Of a stretch of DNA of 55,672 bases, positions 38,067-50,900 are shown piece by piece. The stretch spans positions 1-55,672 of the forward strand of contig JASJQH010006887.1 in NCBI GenBank assembly GCA_040143965.1, read 5' to 3'. Position 1 is the first letter of the stretch; every line of letters begins with the position of its first letter. The notes under the pieces are model-generated. The model was given only the letters and a program-made list of their open reading frames with translations. It was not told the origin of the DNA and searched no databases. Source of the DNA: Basidiobolus ranarum (lineage: Eukaryota). Position numbers and translations under genes: made by a program.

Positions 38067-38684
38067 ATTATGAGGTGTATACGGATGGTGAAGGATTGAG
38101 GTGTGTTAAGCTTGGAGAATACTCGTGAGTGTCAATAAAAGGGGGTACCCGAATATCTCGATCAATGTTCGGATTTTTGAGGCTTCAATTATATTTAACT
38201 TGATTGGTTATCTAATCAAGATTTTCTTTTAAAGAATAGTGAGACCGTCACTGGAAGTGAAGTTTTTTGAATGTTTTAGCTGATGACCTAGCCATCACGT
38301 GTTCACGCGATAGAACAATCCATATGCTAGCAATTCCCTTGGCTTTATGGACAGTCAGCGAATAGTATTTAAAACTACAGTCTGCATGGTCATCAAAATG
38401 CTTGTGTATGTGGTAACTACAAAGAGCTCCATCAGCTGTACCTTAGCTTGCTCACTGTAACAGTGATACTACTACTTTCAAAAGAAACTTACATATTTTG
38501 CAATGCTTAATACTTTATTCAGTTGCGATTAGGACGCAGTGAAATGAATGAATTATTTTGTGTACAGAAAGAGTGAAGGATGAATGTGAGTATGAACTGT
38601 ATGATGTAAAAAATGTAGGACGCTTCGCTTTGACCAGATGCATGAATGCGAAATGAAATCAGTAATGGTAATTGTAGTGTTGAT

Positions 38685-40424
38685 TTACATCATACCACCC
38701 ATTCCTCCCATACCGCCCATGCCACCCATTCCGCCCATACCCATGGGCTTCTCCTTCTCGGGGGCATCGACAATCATACATTCAGAGGTAGTCAACAAAG
38801 AGGCGACACCAGAAGCATCAACCAATGCAGTTCTAACGACCTTGACGGGGTCAAGAATACCCTTGGCGATCATATCGGTAAATTCACCGGCAGCGGCATC
38901 ATAACCCATGTTGAAGTTTTCGCCGTGTTCTTCCAAAAGCTTACCAACGACGACGGAACCTTCTTCTCCAGCATTCTCAACAATGGTTCTGCAAGGACGA
39001 AGACAGGCTTGACGGATAATGTTGATACCAAGCTTCTGGTCGAAGTTGGCAGGCTTCAAAGCATCAAGGCACTTGGTAGCCTTGAGAAGAGCGGTACCAC
39101 CACCGGGTACGATACCTTCCTCAACAGCGGCGCGAGTGGCATTGAGGGCATCAACGAAGCGATCCTTCTTTTCACCAACTTCGACCTCAGAGACACCACC
39201 GATCTTAATAACAGCGACACCACCGGAAAGTTTAGCGAGACGATCTTGGAGCTTCTCCTTCTCGTATTCGGAGATACCAGCGTCATTCATGACTCCGCGG
39301 ATTTGTTCGCAACGTTGGGCGATGTTCTCTTTAGCACCATCACCGTTCATGATGATAGTATCTTCCTTGGTAATAGTAATAGATCCAGAGGAACCGAATA
39401 ACTCAGGTGTAGCCTTTTCAAGCTTAACATCTAATTCATCGGTAAACACAGCACCACCAGTAAGGGTGGCAAGATCACCAAGAATTGACTTACGGTTGTC
39501 ACCGAATCCAGGGGCCTTAACGGCAGCAACTTGAATTTGACCACGGAGTTTGTTTAAGATACAAGCAGCAAGAGCCTCACCATCGACATCTTCAGCAACG
39601 ATCAAAAGAGGACGACGTTGTTGAGCAGCGGTTTCGAGGGCAGGAAGAATATCTTGGATGGCAGAAATTTTCTTCTCAGAAAGGAGAATCAAAGGCTTCT
39701 CAAATTCAACCTTTTGGGTCTTAGCATCGGTGATGAAGTAAGGGGAGATGAAACCGCGATCGAAACGCATACCCTCAGTGATTTCAAGTACATCCTCGAT
39801 GGTTTTTCCTTCCTTACAGGTGATGACACCTTCCTTACCAACCTTTTCCATTGCTTGGGCAATCAAGTTACCAATCTCTTTATCACCGTTAGCGGAGATA
39901 GTTCCAACCTGTGCAACTTCCTCAGAAGTGGTAATGGCACGCTTGTTTTCCTTCAAGAAATTAACGACGGCATCAACGGCAAGATGAACACCACGACGAA
40001 GATCCATAGGGTTGCAGCCGGCGGCGACATTCTTGACTCCCTCAGCAAAGATAGCGCGAGTGAGAACAGTGGCAGTGGTTGTACCATCACCAGCGATATC
40101 GTTGGTCTTGCTGGCAACGTCTTGGACTAATTTGGCACCCAAGTTTTCGAACTTGTCTTCAAGTGTGATACTTTTAGCAACAGTGACACCGTCCTTGGTG
40201 ATCTTTGGGCTACCGAAAGGTTGCTCAATTAAGACGTGTCTGCCCTTGGGACCAAGAGTTACAGCAACAGCTTTAGCAAGAGTCTCAACACCACGAAGGA
40301 GGGAAGCTCTGCCTTCTATGCCGAATTGGAGCTCCTTGTGGGAAGAATAGAAGCGGAGAGCCGAAGAAGGACGAGCGAGAGGGGACTTAGCAAGAGTCTT
40401 AACAGTCTTGGCACCACGGAACAT
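38685..40424 (-). CDS. HSP60: Mitochondrial chaperonin Hsp60 (intronless)
   Basis: 579-aa ORF with [28 protein letters not shown] and [12 protein letters not shown] motifs and a GGM-repeat tail. Confidence 0.98.
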   Translation of the reverse strand: MFRGAKTVKTLAKSPLARPSSALRFYSSHKELQFGIEGRASLLRGVETLAKAVAVTLGPKGRHVLIEQPFGSPKITKDGVTVAKSITLEDKFENLGAKLVQDVASKTNDIAGDGTTTATVLTRAIFAEGVKNVAAGCNPMDLRRGVHLAVDAVVNFLKENKRAITTSEEVAQVGTISANGDKEIGNLIAQAMEKVGKEGVITCKEGKTIEDVLEITEGMRFDRGFISPYFITDAKTQKVEFEKPLILLSEKKISAIQDILPALETAAQQRRPLLIVAEDVDGEALAACILNKLRGQIQVAAVKAPGFGDNRKSILGDLATLTGGAVFTDELDVKLEKATPELFGSSGSITITKEDTIIMNGDGAKENIAQRCEQIRGVMNDAGISEYEKEKLQDRLAKLSGGVAVIKIGGVSEVEVGEKKDRFVDALNATRAAVEEGIVPGGGTALLKATKCLDALKPANFDQKLGINIIRQACLRPCRTIVENAGEEGSVVVGKLLEEHGENFNMGYDAAAGEFTDMIAKGILDPVKVVRTALVDASGVASLLTTSECMIVDAPEKEKPMGMGGMGGMGGMGGMGGMM

Positions 40425-41220
40425 TTTGAAAATTTGTCAAAAATATAACAAAGGAAGAGAAGAAGACAATGATGATTTCGCTAACGCGGCCAAACGATTT
40501 TATTATCAGAGCCACCCAACCCGTTGGAATCCCAGAGAAAAATTTTAAGCAACTGCGTCAACTCAGAGAAGGTTTTCGAAAAGTGATGAACCTTTTTAGG
40601 AATAAAACTGGAGGTTTCACTCATAGGTGTAAGTTCCCTATGTCGGTGCGGAGTAACAAGCCCGCTCCGCCAAATATGGACTTGTTGTTTAATACAAGTA
40701 TAGTGACTCTGCAAATCTCGTGGCTTAACAGCCGCTGCGGTGAATGCCATCAATTTTATCGATATTTGTACATATGCATCGAAGGTGGTAGGTATGGACC
40801 AATCAATTGATGTCACGGGTAATCTAGGGTTATATCGATATTTTACGATTGGTTGAGAATTCCGGGGTCCCTAGTATATTCGCAGGCTATTTGCCCGTTG
40901 TAGAGGAGCTGTTTCGCTATTACGCCAATGATAGTAGGAAACTGAGTGGGACAGCAACTCTAGAGATTATCCGGATTGAACATTTCAGAAAAAGTCAGGA
41001 TCATTGGATATTGAGATTTATAATATAGGCTGTTAATATCACAGAGATCTCGATCTCATCACAAAGCGTTTTCATTGGTCTCCTCGAACTTCTAGTAAGT
41101 TCCTTCGATAAGATTGAGCAAGCAAAAATCTACAAGATATATGAGCGGCGTGGTATGAAAACTTTATCACTTCAGTTTCCGTCTCCACGACCACTACTCA
41201 CTCCTTGATCAATTACAGAC
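40425..41220. promoter_or_regulatory. Divergent HSP60/HSP10 intergenic region with HSE-like elements and CCAAT boxes
   Basis: One-mismatch heat-shock elements GAAggTTTtcGAA (40568-40580), GAAcaTTTcaGAA (40978-40990) and TTCtaGTAagTTC (41090-41102). CCAAT/ATTGG occurs at about 40799, 40848, 40925, 41004 and 41074. Confidence 0.65.
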
Positions 41221-41590
41221 ATGGTATTTTGATTAATCATTTGCTATGCTGCATTCCTCAGTTTCTAACATGTATATTTCTTAGGCTTCTCGTGCTAAGC
41301 AGATTATTCCTCTCCTTGACCGTATCTTGGTCCAAAGAATCAAGCCTGAGCAAAAGACTGCTTCAGGAATTCTCATTCCCGAGAAAGCCCAAGAGGCTTT
41401 GAATGAGGGCCGTGTTATTTCTACCGGTAAGGGCGCTCTTGACAAGGATGGCAAGCATATCCCTGTCTCCGTCAAGGAAGGTGATAAGGTCCTTCTCCCA
41501 CCCTATGGTGGCAGTGCTGTCAAAATTGATAAGGAGGAGTTCCTTCTATTCCGTGACTCCGAAATCCTTGCCAAGATTGAGGAGCTCTAA
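41221..41590 (+). CDS. HSP10: Mitochondrial co-chaperonin Hsp10; first coding exon is only the ATG (intron 41224-41284)
   Basis: Spliced product M|ASRAKQIIPLLDRILVQRIKPEQKTASGILIPEKAQE...VKEGDKVLLPPYGG...FRDSEILAKIEEL. Confidence 0.96.
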
Positions 41591-41817
41591 ATTCAATTCA
41601 TTCACGATCATATCATTTTCCTCATTGTTCCCTTGCATTATACAAGCTGTAATAAATAGTTCTTCATTCAACATGGTTTGAATCAACTTGATATATTTTA
41701 AAGAAATGGTGAATAGAAACAGCACATGTTCAGTACCTACTTTACATTGGGGATTTATTAATAACATTATATCGTGTACATAATTCGGTGATGTCGGGAA
41801 TGATTATTTGGCAACTT

Positions 41818-43770
41818 TTACTGCAGTATACGGATGTGTAAATGTTCCATAAAAACTGCCAAGTCTTCGCTTTTGATTTCCATTACTGATGTCTCAAAGC
41901 TATCATGACGGCATCTGGCACCCGTCAAATGCGCTGTATGCTGGAAAGCTAAGCCAAAGTGATTCCTCCTCGTGTCACCATGCTGGTTACTTCCCGATAC
42001 ACCAACCACCATATAAGTGCCTTGGTTTTCATTTAGAGCAGCAATCACAAAGGGCAGGTCTGCTTTGCGGTATTCACGCATAGCATCGAGTAGAAACAAT
42101 GCCAGCTGCGAGAGAGTAGCTGGATGAGAGAACAATGTGAGATCAGGACCATCCTTAACAACCGCAAATCGAAAAGTCTTCAGCGTTTTTATAGCATGTC
42201 GTTCAATCATTGAGGTGCCTTGTCTAACTACGGCTTGTTGAAGTTTCATTGCCAGGCTTAGTCCGTGTTGAATTAGTTCAATATCATCAAGAGCATCGTA
42301 TGCAGTATAGAAGCTCTTCATCCATTGGGTTTCTTGTTCTTCTTCTCCATCTACAGTGTCATTCCACTCCAGTTCAGTCCCTAAGCGTTTGGCGACTTCA
42401 GGGGTCGATTTCAATAGAGCTGTTATCGCGTATACGACATCGCTAGCAGATAGATTTCCTTTGTAGCCATAGCTACGCATGAAAGACCCGTAGCAGAGAT
42501 CTACTAGACCATAGTCAGGTGCTACCTCCTCGATTTTTTGGCGAAGTGTACGCTTAAGGCTCAAATCCATGTGAGTATACAGCTGCTGGCATTGGCGAAG
42601 AGAGAAACCCATCTTGGCTAGCATATTAAGTAGCCGCCGACGACCTTTTTCTCGCCAAATACCCAATTTTGCAGCAACATAACTTGAATGAAACATACTT
42701 TCATATAGTGACCAATGGCGAAACAACATAAACCGGAGCTCTTCATGATATTTAATAGCATATTCTTCTCTCTGTGTGTCTCCTTCTGAATTATCGGAGC
42801 CCAGAAACCGGTCGGACTGGGCTAGACCCAACCGAGCAACTTCATCTTTAAAGGCTTGTGTTTGTGATTCGTATCTATCGGCATCTAAGTGTTCCTGAAG
42901 GTATTGTGAAGTGACACCAATGATGGAAAACCATAACATTGACGTCGTGGTACGATCTAACTCACTAGCCAGTGTATATATCATAAGAGCGGCTGCGGGA
43001 CCATAATGAGTACCTGATGAATAGTAAGCGGTAATCACTTGCTTGTGTTCGCGTCGTTGCTGCCGAGCAACTCGATGGGAAGAATCCAACGGGTCATCCT
43101 CCTCCATGGCGTCAGAGTCTTCATCTTCAGAATCAGCATACTATTCAATTTATAAGTCAAATATATAGTTAGACAATCGAAGCTCCTATGCTGGTAATAT
43201 AATTATTTACCTTACCTCTAAAGCTTCGAAAGCTTTCTGTACATGTTGCAAAGCGTCTGGGTCTTCATCATCAAACACGACAATTGGGCTGAAACCAAAC
43301 ATATTTGAAAGATGCAATGGACGGTGGCTATCAAAAACATAAACACCCGTGTTGTTGGAGATATTCAAAAACTCGGTGAGATCGACCATACCACCACAAT
43401 TCAGCATAATGATACTACGTATCTAAGGATATCAAAGCTTCAAAGTTAAAAGAGACCCTTAAGTTATGTTCGAAAATGCAACACTAAATTACGGAAGTTT
43501 AGATGTTGGTACACGAATATAAATTGCGCTTACGTTGGAATTGTCTTCTATAAGTTCTTGATTGGCGTAACTTAAATCGGTGTATCCATTAACTGGTACA
43601 ATCTTATGTGCAAGATAATCGGTTTTAAGAAGTTCTTGCAATATTTTGCAGGCACATAAAGCATCTGTGTCGGAAGCTACGAATATAAGTATAGAACAGT
43701 CTAAGCCTAGCGCATCTTCTTTGATTTTATCGTAGGCTTCTTGAAACCGGTCTGCATTAAATAAACCCAT
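41818..43770 (-). CDS. CDC45: DNA replication initiation factor Cdc45, 3 exons
   Basis: Contains ILIFVASDTDALCACKIL, KIVPVNGY, VFDSHRPLHLSN, LFRHWSLYESM, LAKMGFSL, LSASDVVY and NHFGLAF. Confidence 0.94.
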
Positions 43771-44159
43771 AATGTTATCACCGGTATGCAAGCTCTATTG
43801 AAGGTTACTTTCAAGATTTACGATTATACAAACACGAGCGACTTGACTACCCCATATTAAACTTCATAACATCTGAAATCAAAAACGAAAAATCAAAACA
43901 AATCATGTTTATCACTTGACTCAATAGAGAGGGTTAGACCTATCATTTTCTTTGCTGATTTAATTTGAAGCTTCAATCACCAATCAAAAGAAATCATTTC
44001 CAGATCAGAAAATTCGCTACATTGAGTTTAATATACCTTTTTTAATGGTTGTAGACACTTCCATTATGCGCGCATTTATTAGATAATTGTGTGGTCCAGG
44101 TGAATTATATACCAAGGCGTAATAGCGATGGGGGCGGGGGTAGCAGTCTTCTACCAAGT

Positions 44160-47100
44160 CTATTGGGTGTTTGCAATAGCTTTTTCTAGTACTTGTCTTA
44201 AAACTGGATATACATCAATCACCTCTTTGTTTTTCTGCTTCTGAGTATTGGAATAGCTGTCTAAACATTGCGATATCAGCTGGTAAGCTTCAAGGTCAGA
44301 ATGCGAGTCCAACCAGTCCGAATATTGTAGTTCACTTTGGCCTTCATATACATGGGGCATAGGAATAGATGGGTCTCCGCGTACAAACAAGTGGTGAATT
44401 TGATATATATATGGAAGGGATTCAGTCTGTGACGAGGTGAGGATCTCCTCTAAATCGAGGAACATCAAAAATCTAAAGTAATATTTTTAGTACTGACAGA
44501 AAGCATTTTGGATAGGACATATTCCCAGAAATTAACGATCCTAACCTAAAGGCTCTAAGAGCGCGATATGCTTCACCTAGCGAAGACAGGCCTAGACCAT
44601 GTGCAGCAAGAATCTGATTCACAACAAATTCTAATTGTGTCATATCTCCCGTTAACTTCAGCTTTCCCATTTCACTTAAAGGATGGGCGAGCGAGGCATG
44701 TCTTAAGAAATATATTACTACACGACGAGTTAAATCAATGATCCTGTAAAAGAAGAGTATTTTAGTCATCAATGGAAACCACTGGAATTTGAGGGGAATT
44801 CTTCATTCACCATTCTTTTCCTTCATCACCACAGGAGAACTTCGAGAGATATTCACGTTGGATATGTCTAAACTTTCCAGCCAACTCGTTAATATACTGA
44901 CTAGCATTGGACGACATGTGGTCACCTGCATTAGTGCTAAAGGAAAGTGATTAATAATTGAGTGAGGTTTGGTCGATATTATGGTTGAAACCTTGCAAAG
45001 TCTTCGCGATGCACCTTCAATATAACCAACTCCAGTTCTTTGACGAATTGACGAATGAGGCCTTGTATAACACTCTGGTAGAGCTTCTGGATATTCTATA
45101 GATTGACAATTAGAGCATCAATGCTGGATTCTTAAGTTGACAGCTGTTTGTCACTGAAATTTAGTGCTTACATCCAAAGAGTTTTCAAACGTATTATGCA
45201 CATCATGAGGTAAATCTTCGACAAATTTCAAGAAAGCTTGCCGGAAGAAATACATATTGTTGACCATCTCAATGTTATTATTTTGGGCTGCAGTGAGGCC
45301 TCCTGAGAAAATAATCACATAGGCGGTGTTATCTCTGGATATCTACAATTGCCTGTAAGTGACATAATAAATTTCTGAGTAGAGATTATCGAATCGTACC
45401 CAAGTTTCGATTTTTGTCTTAATCGACGTTAAGCATTTGATTATATTCTTGCTAACAGCCGCGAGTAGTTGACTATCAAACTTCGCAATATCAAGTTCAC
45501 TGGAAAGGGCAAAAATCAGCTTCCTGAAGATTAAAGTGAAAGGACATGATATACGTTACCCAGTTATAACCTTAAGAGCCTGAACGAATTCCTCTTTTTT
45601 GGGCATCATGCGAAACCCAGAGGTTGGGAACGTTGCGTTGACCATTTCAAGTAAGCGCGATGCGGATTTGGCAATGTAGGAAGACTCGTAGGCGGAAATA
45701 GTCGCCAGAAGAAGAATAGCTTCAGGGCTACAGAAAGAGTTAATAAAGGGAATAACCACAGAGTATATTTTGCACTTGCCTTTGATGATTGTATCCAAGA
45801 GTGTATCCAGTATGCACAGCAATACGAGAGAAGAACTGATGGAACAGATTCAATAATTTTGGGTATCCAGTTTGAAGAGTTTGCTGTAATAGTGTTGACC
45901 CTAGGGATGGCTTTTATTAATATAAACGATGAACAATAGTAAAACAATAAATAAAATTTACTTCTGCCAGCATCCTTGAGTTCTGCTTCGAAGTTGGTGG
46001 CTAAATTCCGCCAAAAGAAGTTCACAACACTACTCTCTAGCATCTAGGAGTTATTGGATTCGTTAAGAATGGCATAAATAATTCAGAATGAGAGAGATTC
46101 AAGTACCTGCACCAATCCATCTTGGAAGCTGACATGGGTAGCGGGGTCTCTTTTTAAAGATAAGACACGATCTAGAAGATAGACCTGAGATAAAGTGTGA
46201 GCTCGGGTGTTTAGTTAATTCGCAAGTGTTGTTGACAAATTGGTTACTTTGTTACAGGCTTCACTCATGTTATCCATAAGCTTCTCTAGCTTGGACCAAA
46301 GTGCTGCAGTCCATGCTCCATTCCCTGGGTTAGTGAAGTCTTTCATTCTCTTAGTGACACCAGAGTACTCTATACCGGCATCTAATAATGGATTTGTGAG
46401 TGAATGAGAATCTAATATAAGAAAAATAGACAAATCACCTCGAAGTTCTTTTTGCAGTAAACTCATATCAAATGTGAGCTGAATGTCAATCAACACATTA
46501 TCGTTGATATCGTTCAATATTTCACATACCCGCTCCTCCATTTCGTTTAAATTATAGAAGATTTGAAGACCTGATGCAATGTCTGTTTGATTCTATGAAA
46601 GTTTGCGTATCGCTACTAAGTTTCGATAATCACGAGTGGAACTAAAGATATGCCAAAATTACCTGTGTTTGTAGGCCATCAAGTAAAAGTTTATCTGCAG
46701 CCTCAACCACATGACTCCGATAGTTATTGATATCAGGTTTTTCAGCATCAACAACATTGATGCCTTCTAAGTCAGGATCACTAAGAAATGTATCTTGAAT
46801 CTGATGTCAGGGACACTAGATGAAGTAATATGAATGTCAGAATAAAATAGAATTTACCCAATTCACGCAAAGATAGGGCTGCTGAAGTGAACTCGCGATC
46901 TCCACCTTGGACTTGAGTTTCCAACCGGTGAGCGAGTTGAAGAAACCGCATAACTCGACGTAATACGTCCGAAGCATTTTGCAAACGTTCCAGTTGAGTT
47001 GTATATCCCAAAATCTGCTCATACGGAACTCTCACTTTGCTACGAAGTCTAAAAAACATCATATTTTTAGAATACTCGACTGTAAACTAGAAAATGGAAG

Positions 47101-47559
47101 TATTTGTTTTTCTACTGGCAAATACCTAGCTAGTGACTCGGTCATTGAAGAGACATTATGCTTGACTCCTTCTAAGCCTTTTTCGAGATGTCCAATCCCA
47201 TAAACACGCTCAATCAGCTCCTCATTATTCTCTGCGACCTATGGATGTATAAAATAAGTATGTTGTATCATTGTAGGAACGCTTAGTAGACCATACATAG
47301 TTCTTTAAATAGGCTTCTAGATCTTCAATGTTGTGTGACAAACGTTGCAATGAGCTAGTCAGGTCTCCATCTTCGAGGCGAATACTAACTTGAGCATGAT
47401 CGTTTGGGTCGAACTCTTTCGTAAGATATTCTGCGTAGTCTAGATAAAAGGCATTTAATGTCTCGCTAACCCATGAATTTTATTCTATGTGTACCACTTA
47501 CTTTCTTCGAAAATCATCGGAGGTCTACGTTCACTTTTACCTTCAGTTAGACTAGTCAT
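44160..47559 (-). CDS. COG5: Conserved oligomeric Golgi complex subunit 5, many exons
   Basis: Contains EFDPNDHA, LRSKVRVPYEQI, SDVLRRVMRFLQL, ASGLQIFYNL, RDPATHVSF, GYPKLLNLFHQF and FLRHASLAHPLSEMGKLKLTGDMTQLEF. Confidence 0.88.
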
Positions 47560-47937
47560 GATAGACCACCAAGTGGATATGTAACAATCTACAGTATCAA
47601 CCTATGTGTTACTATCATAAATTCAAATCTAAATGCATATATCCGTCATCACATTTTTACTATGTTGTAAGAAAGTAGTAGTGATTTGGACCAGTTGATC
47701 AGTCACTTTAAACAATCATTGATTATTTCGTTTGTGACTAGGAAATCTTAATTACGCAGGATATTTAGCAATAATGAATAAAACTCAGTTCTGAACCAAT
47801 GATTCAACAGGGTGATCCTAGTTGGTGAACCTGTAGTGAGCTGTAGTGGGCTAATAACCACCTCGAATTCTGGTCTCTGCTTGATAATAGTTAGTTGATT
47901 ATATAGTTACCATTATTTCCTGTCCTGCTTGCAAACG

Positions 47938-50900
47938 ATGACAACGTTAGCACAGGGTCAAGATATTCTAGGGCGAATTCTTGCCGAGATTAAAAGCAGG
48001 TACTGTCTTTCACATTCACTATCGTGCCATATATCCATAAAAAAATTGTTTCTTTATTTCTTGGCCTATTTAATCAAACTGTATGCGGCGGATGTTTACA
48101 AATCTTTATTATTTCATTTAGAAATGAAGAAGTTCGAATGAAAGCTGCCGGTGATTTGAAAGATCACGTAATATATTAACACTTTGCTACTCTTTCTATA
48201 AGATTTAAATCATGGCCATGCTAACACTCAGCTTATTTATTTCACATACAAACATGTTAGGTTGCCGCTGTTTCTCGTGAATTATCTGGTGATGCCTTGG
48301 TCAAATTCAACCAAGATCTTGGTAAAAGGATCTTGGATATGATTCAAGGAAGTGATAGCAACGATAAAATTGGTGCCGTTTTAGCCATTGGTAAACCTCC
48401 TCTCTTAATTTGAACACGGTAGCTTGTTATCTCGAGGAGAATGCAAATTAATTAGACTGTGTATTTTAGATATGTTGATCGATTACGATGGAGAAGAAAA
48501 TACAACAAAGATTACGCGCTCCGCTAACTTCCTTAGAAAAATTATCTCTGGGAACAACCCACAAGCCATGATACTAGCTACAAAGTCTATAGGTAAGAAT
48601 TACACAAACGGTTTTCTCCAGACCTGCATTTGCACCACATTCTAAATTTTGTACAGGAAGACTTGCTTCACTAGGTGGTACGCTAAAGGCCGATTTCGTT
48701 GAGTTTGAAGTGAAAAGTGCGCTCGAATGGCTTCAAGGTCAGTGTTCCGGTCTCCCAATAACAGCCATACAATCTTTTACTAATTACTATGGTCAACCCA
48801 ATTGAACTAATAGGGGACCGAAATGAGTTTAGGAGACATGCGGCAGTCTTGATCTTGAAAGAGCTGGCACAATCAGCACCTACCCTTATTTATTTTCATG
48901 TCAATCAAATACTCGAGAATTTATGGGTTGCGCTGAGGGATAGTAAAGTAAGCATTTTCCTGTAATTAACGCTTAGTCAAGTACAGAACATGTTCATCTT
49001 AACTCTACAAACCTAGGCCATCATCAGAGAAAGTGGAGCAGACTGTTTAGGTGCCTGCCTTAAGATTGTTTATTATCGAGAAAGTCAAATACGTATTCAA
49101 TGGTATAGCAGACTATATGACGAATGCCAACGAGGATTTAAACTTGGAACGGCTGAGTGTATTCATGGATCCTTACTAGCATTCCGTGAACTATTACAGC
49201 ATACGGGAATGTTCATGCATGAGCGATACAATGAGGTCGGCGACAATGTCCTTCGATTCAAAGATCATCGTGACATCTTGATTAGGAAAACTGTACTTTC
49301 ACTAATTCCAGCGCTTGCCAAATACAATCCAGTAGAGTTTTCCGATTCATACCTACATAAGTCGATGAATCATCTGTTAGGTCAACTTAAAAAAGACAAA
49401 GATGGCTCTATTGCCTTTACCGCCATTGGAGAGGTAGCTATGGCTGTAGGAAGCAATATGAGCCCGTATTTGGATGCAACTATCCAAGCCATCAAAGATG
49501 GATTAATGGCATCTAGAGGAAAGAGCAAGACTGTAAACGAAGCACCTATGTTCCAGTGTATAAGTATGCTGGCGACTGCCGTGGGCCAAGCGCTCACCAA
49601 ATATATGCACGATATATTGGATTTGGTTTTTTCTCTCGGTTTAAGTGAGCCTTTACAACAGGCCTTGATCGATCTATCAAAAAACATTCCTCCCCTGCTT
49701 CCTACTATTCAAGAGCGCCTTCTCAATATGCTTGCCATCATCTTGACTGGTCAGCCCTATCGACAACCAGGCGCTCCCGCTCGTCTTATCGCCGCTAGTG
49801 TACCTGCATCTCGAGATACCCAACTCGTAGAAAACCGGGACCCTGAGACTATTACACTGGCGTTACATACCCTTGGAAGCTTTGACTTTAATGGCCACAT
49901 GCTCAGCGAATTTGTTCGTGATCACATCATTTCGTATTTGGAAGATGACTCAGTGGAAGTAAGAAAAGCTGCCGCTTTGACTTGCTGTCAATTGTTTGTT
50001 CGTGATCCGATTTGTTTCCAGGCCAGCAACCATGCTATTGAAGTGGTTAGTGAAGTGCTCGAGAAACTCCTCACATCGGGAATTGCTGATCCAGGTTTGA
50101 TCTTTGTATTATCTAGCACGTACACAACTTCTGCTAATCAATCTCTCTATTTCAGACCCTAGTATCCGTCTTACTGTTCTTTCTTCTTTAGATGAACGAT
50201 TTGATCGTCATCTGGCTCAAGCAGACAATGTGCGTTCTCTGTTTATTGCTTTGAATGATGAAGTGTTTGCTATTCGTGAGGTAGCCATTACTATTATTGG
50301 ACGCCTGGCCAACCATAACCCAGCATACGTAATGCCATCTTTAAGAAAAAGTCTTATACAGCTATTGACCGAACTTGAGTACTCGAGTGTGAGGTAAATC
50401 GTTAGAGGTCATGATCCTTTGTTCCCACCATCTCCTAACAATACTATTTATGTAGTCGTAACAAGGAAGAGAGCGCTCATTTACTCAGTCATTTAATCGC
50501 TGCGGCTCAAAGATTAATTAAGCCGTACGTCGAACCAATTCTGAAGGTATTGCTATCCAAGTCTAGAGATCGTAGTCCAGGGGTAGCATCTAGTGTGCTA
50601 AATGCAATTGGGGAACTTGCTCTGGTCGGAGGAGAGGATATGTTGGATTACTTGGATGATCTTTTGCCTCTAATTATGGAGACTCTGCAAGATCAAAGTT
50701 CGTCTACCAAGCGTGATGCTGCACTCAGAGCTCTCGGGCAACTTGCTAGCAATACTGGATTTGTCATTGATCCTTACTTGAAATATCCGAATCTTCTGGA
50801 CATATTGATTGACATGTTGAAGACTGAGCAGTCCCTCTCCCTTCGTCGAGAAACAGTGAAGCTACTTGGTATTCTGGGTGCTTTGGATCCTTATAGGCAC

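Noticed and set aside
38638-40350. Long antisense ORFs over HSP60 (up to 251 aa)
   Set aside because: Expected by-product of strong codon bias in a highly expressed gene; no recognisable protein features.
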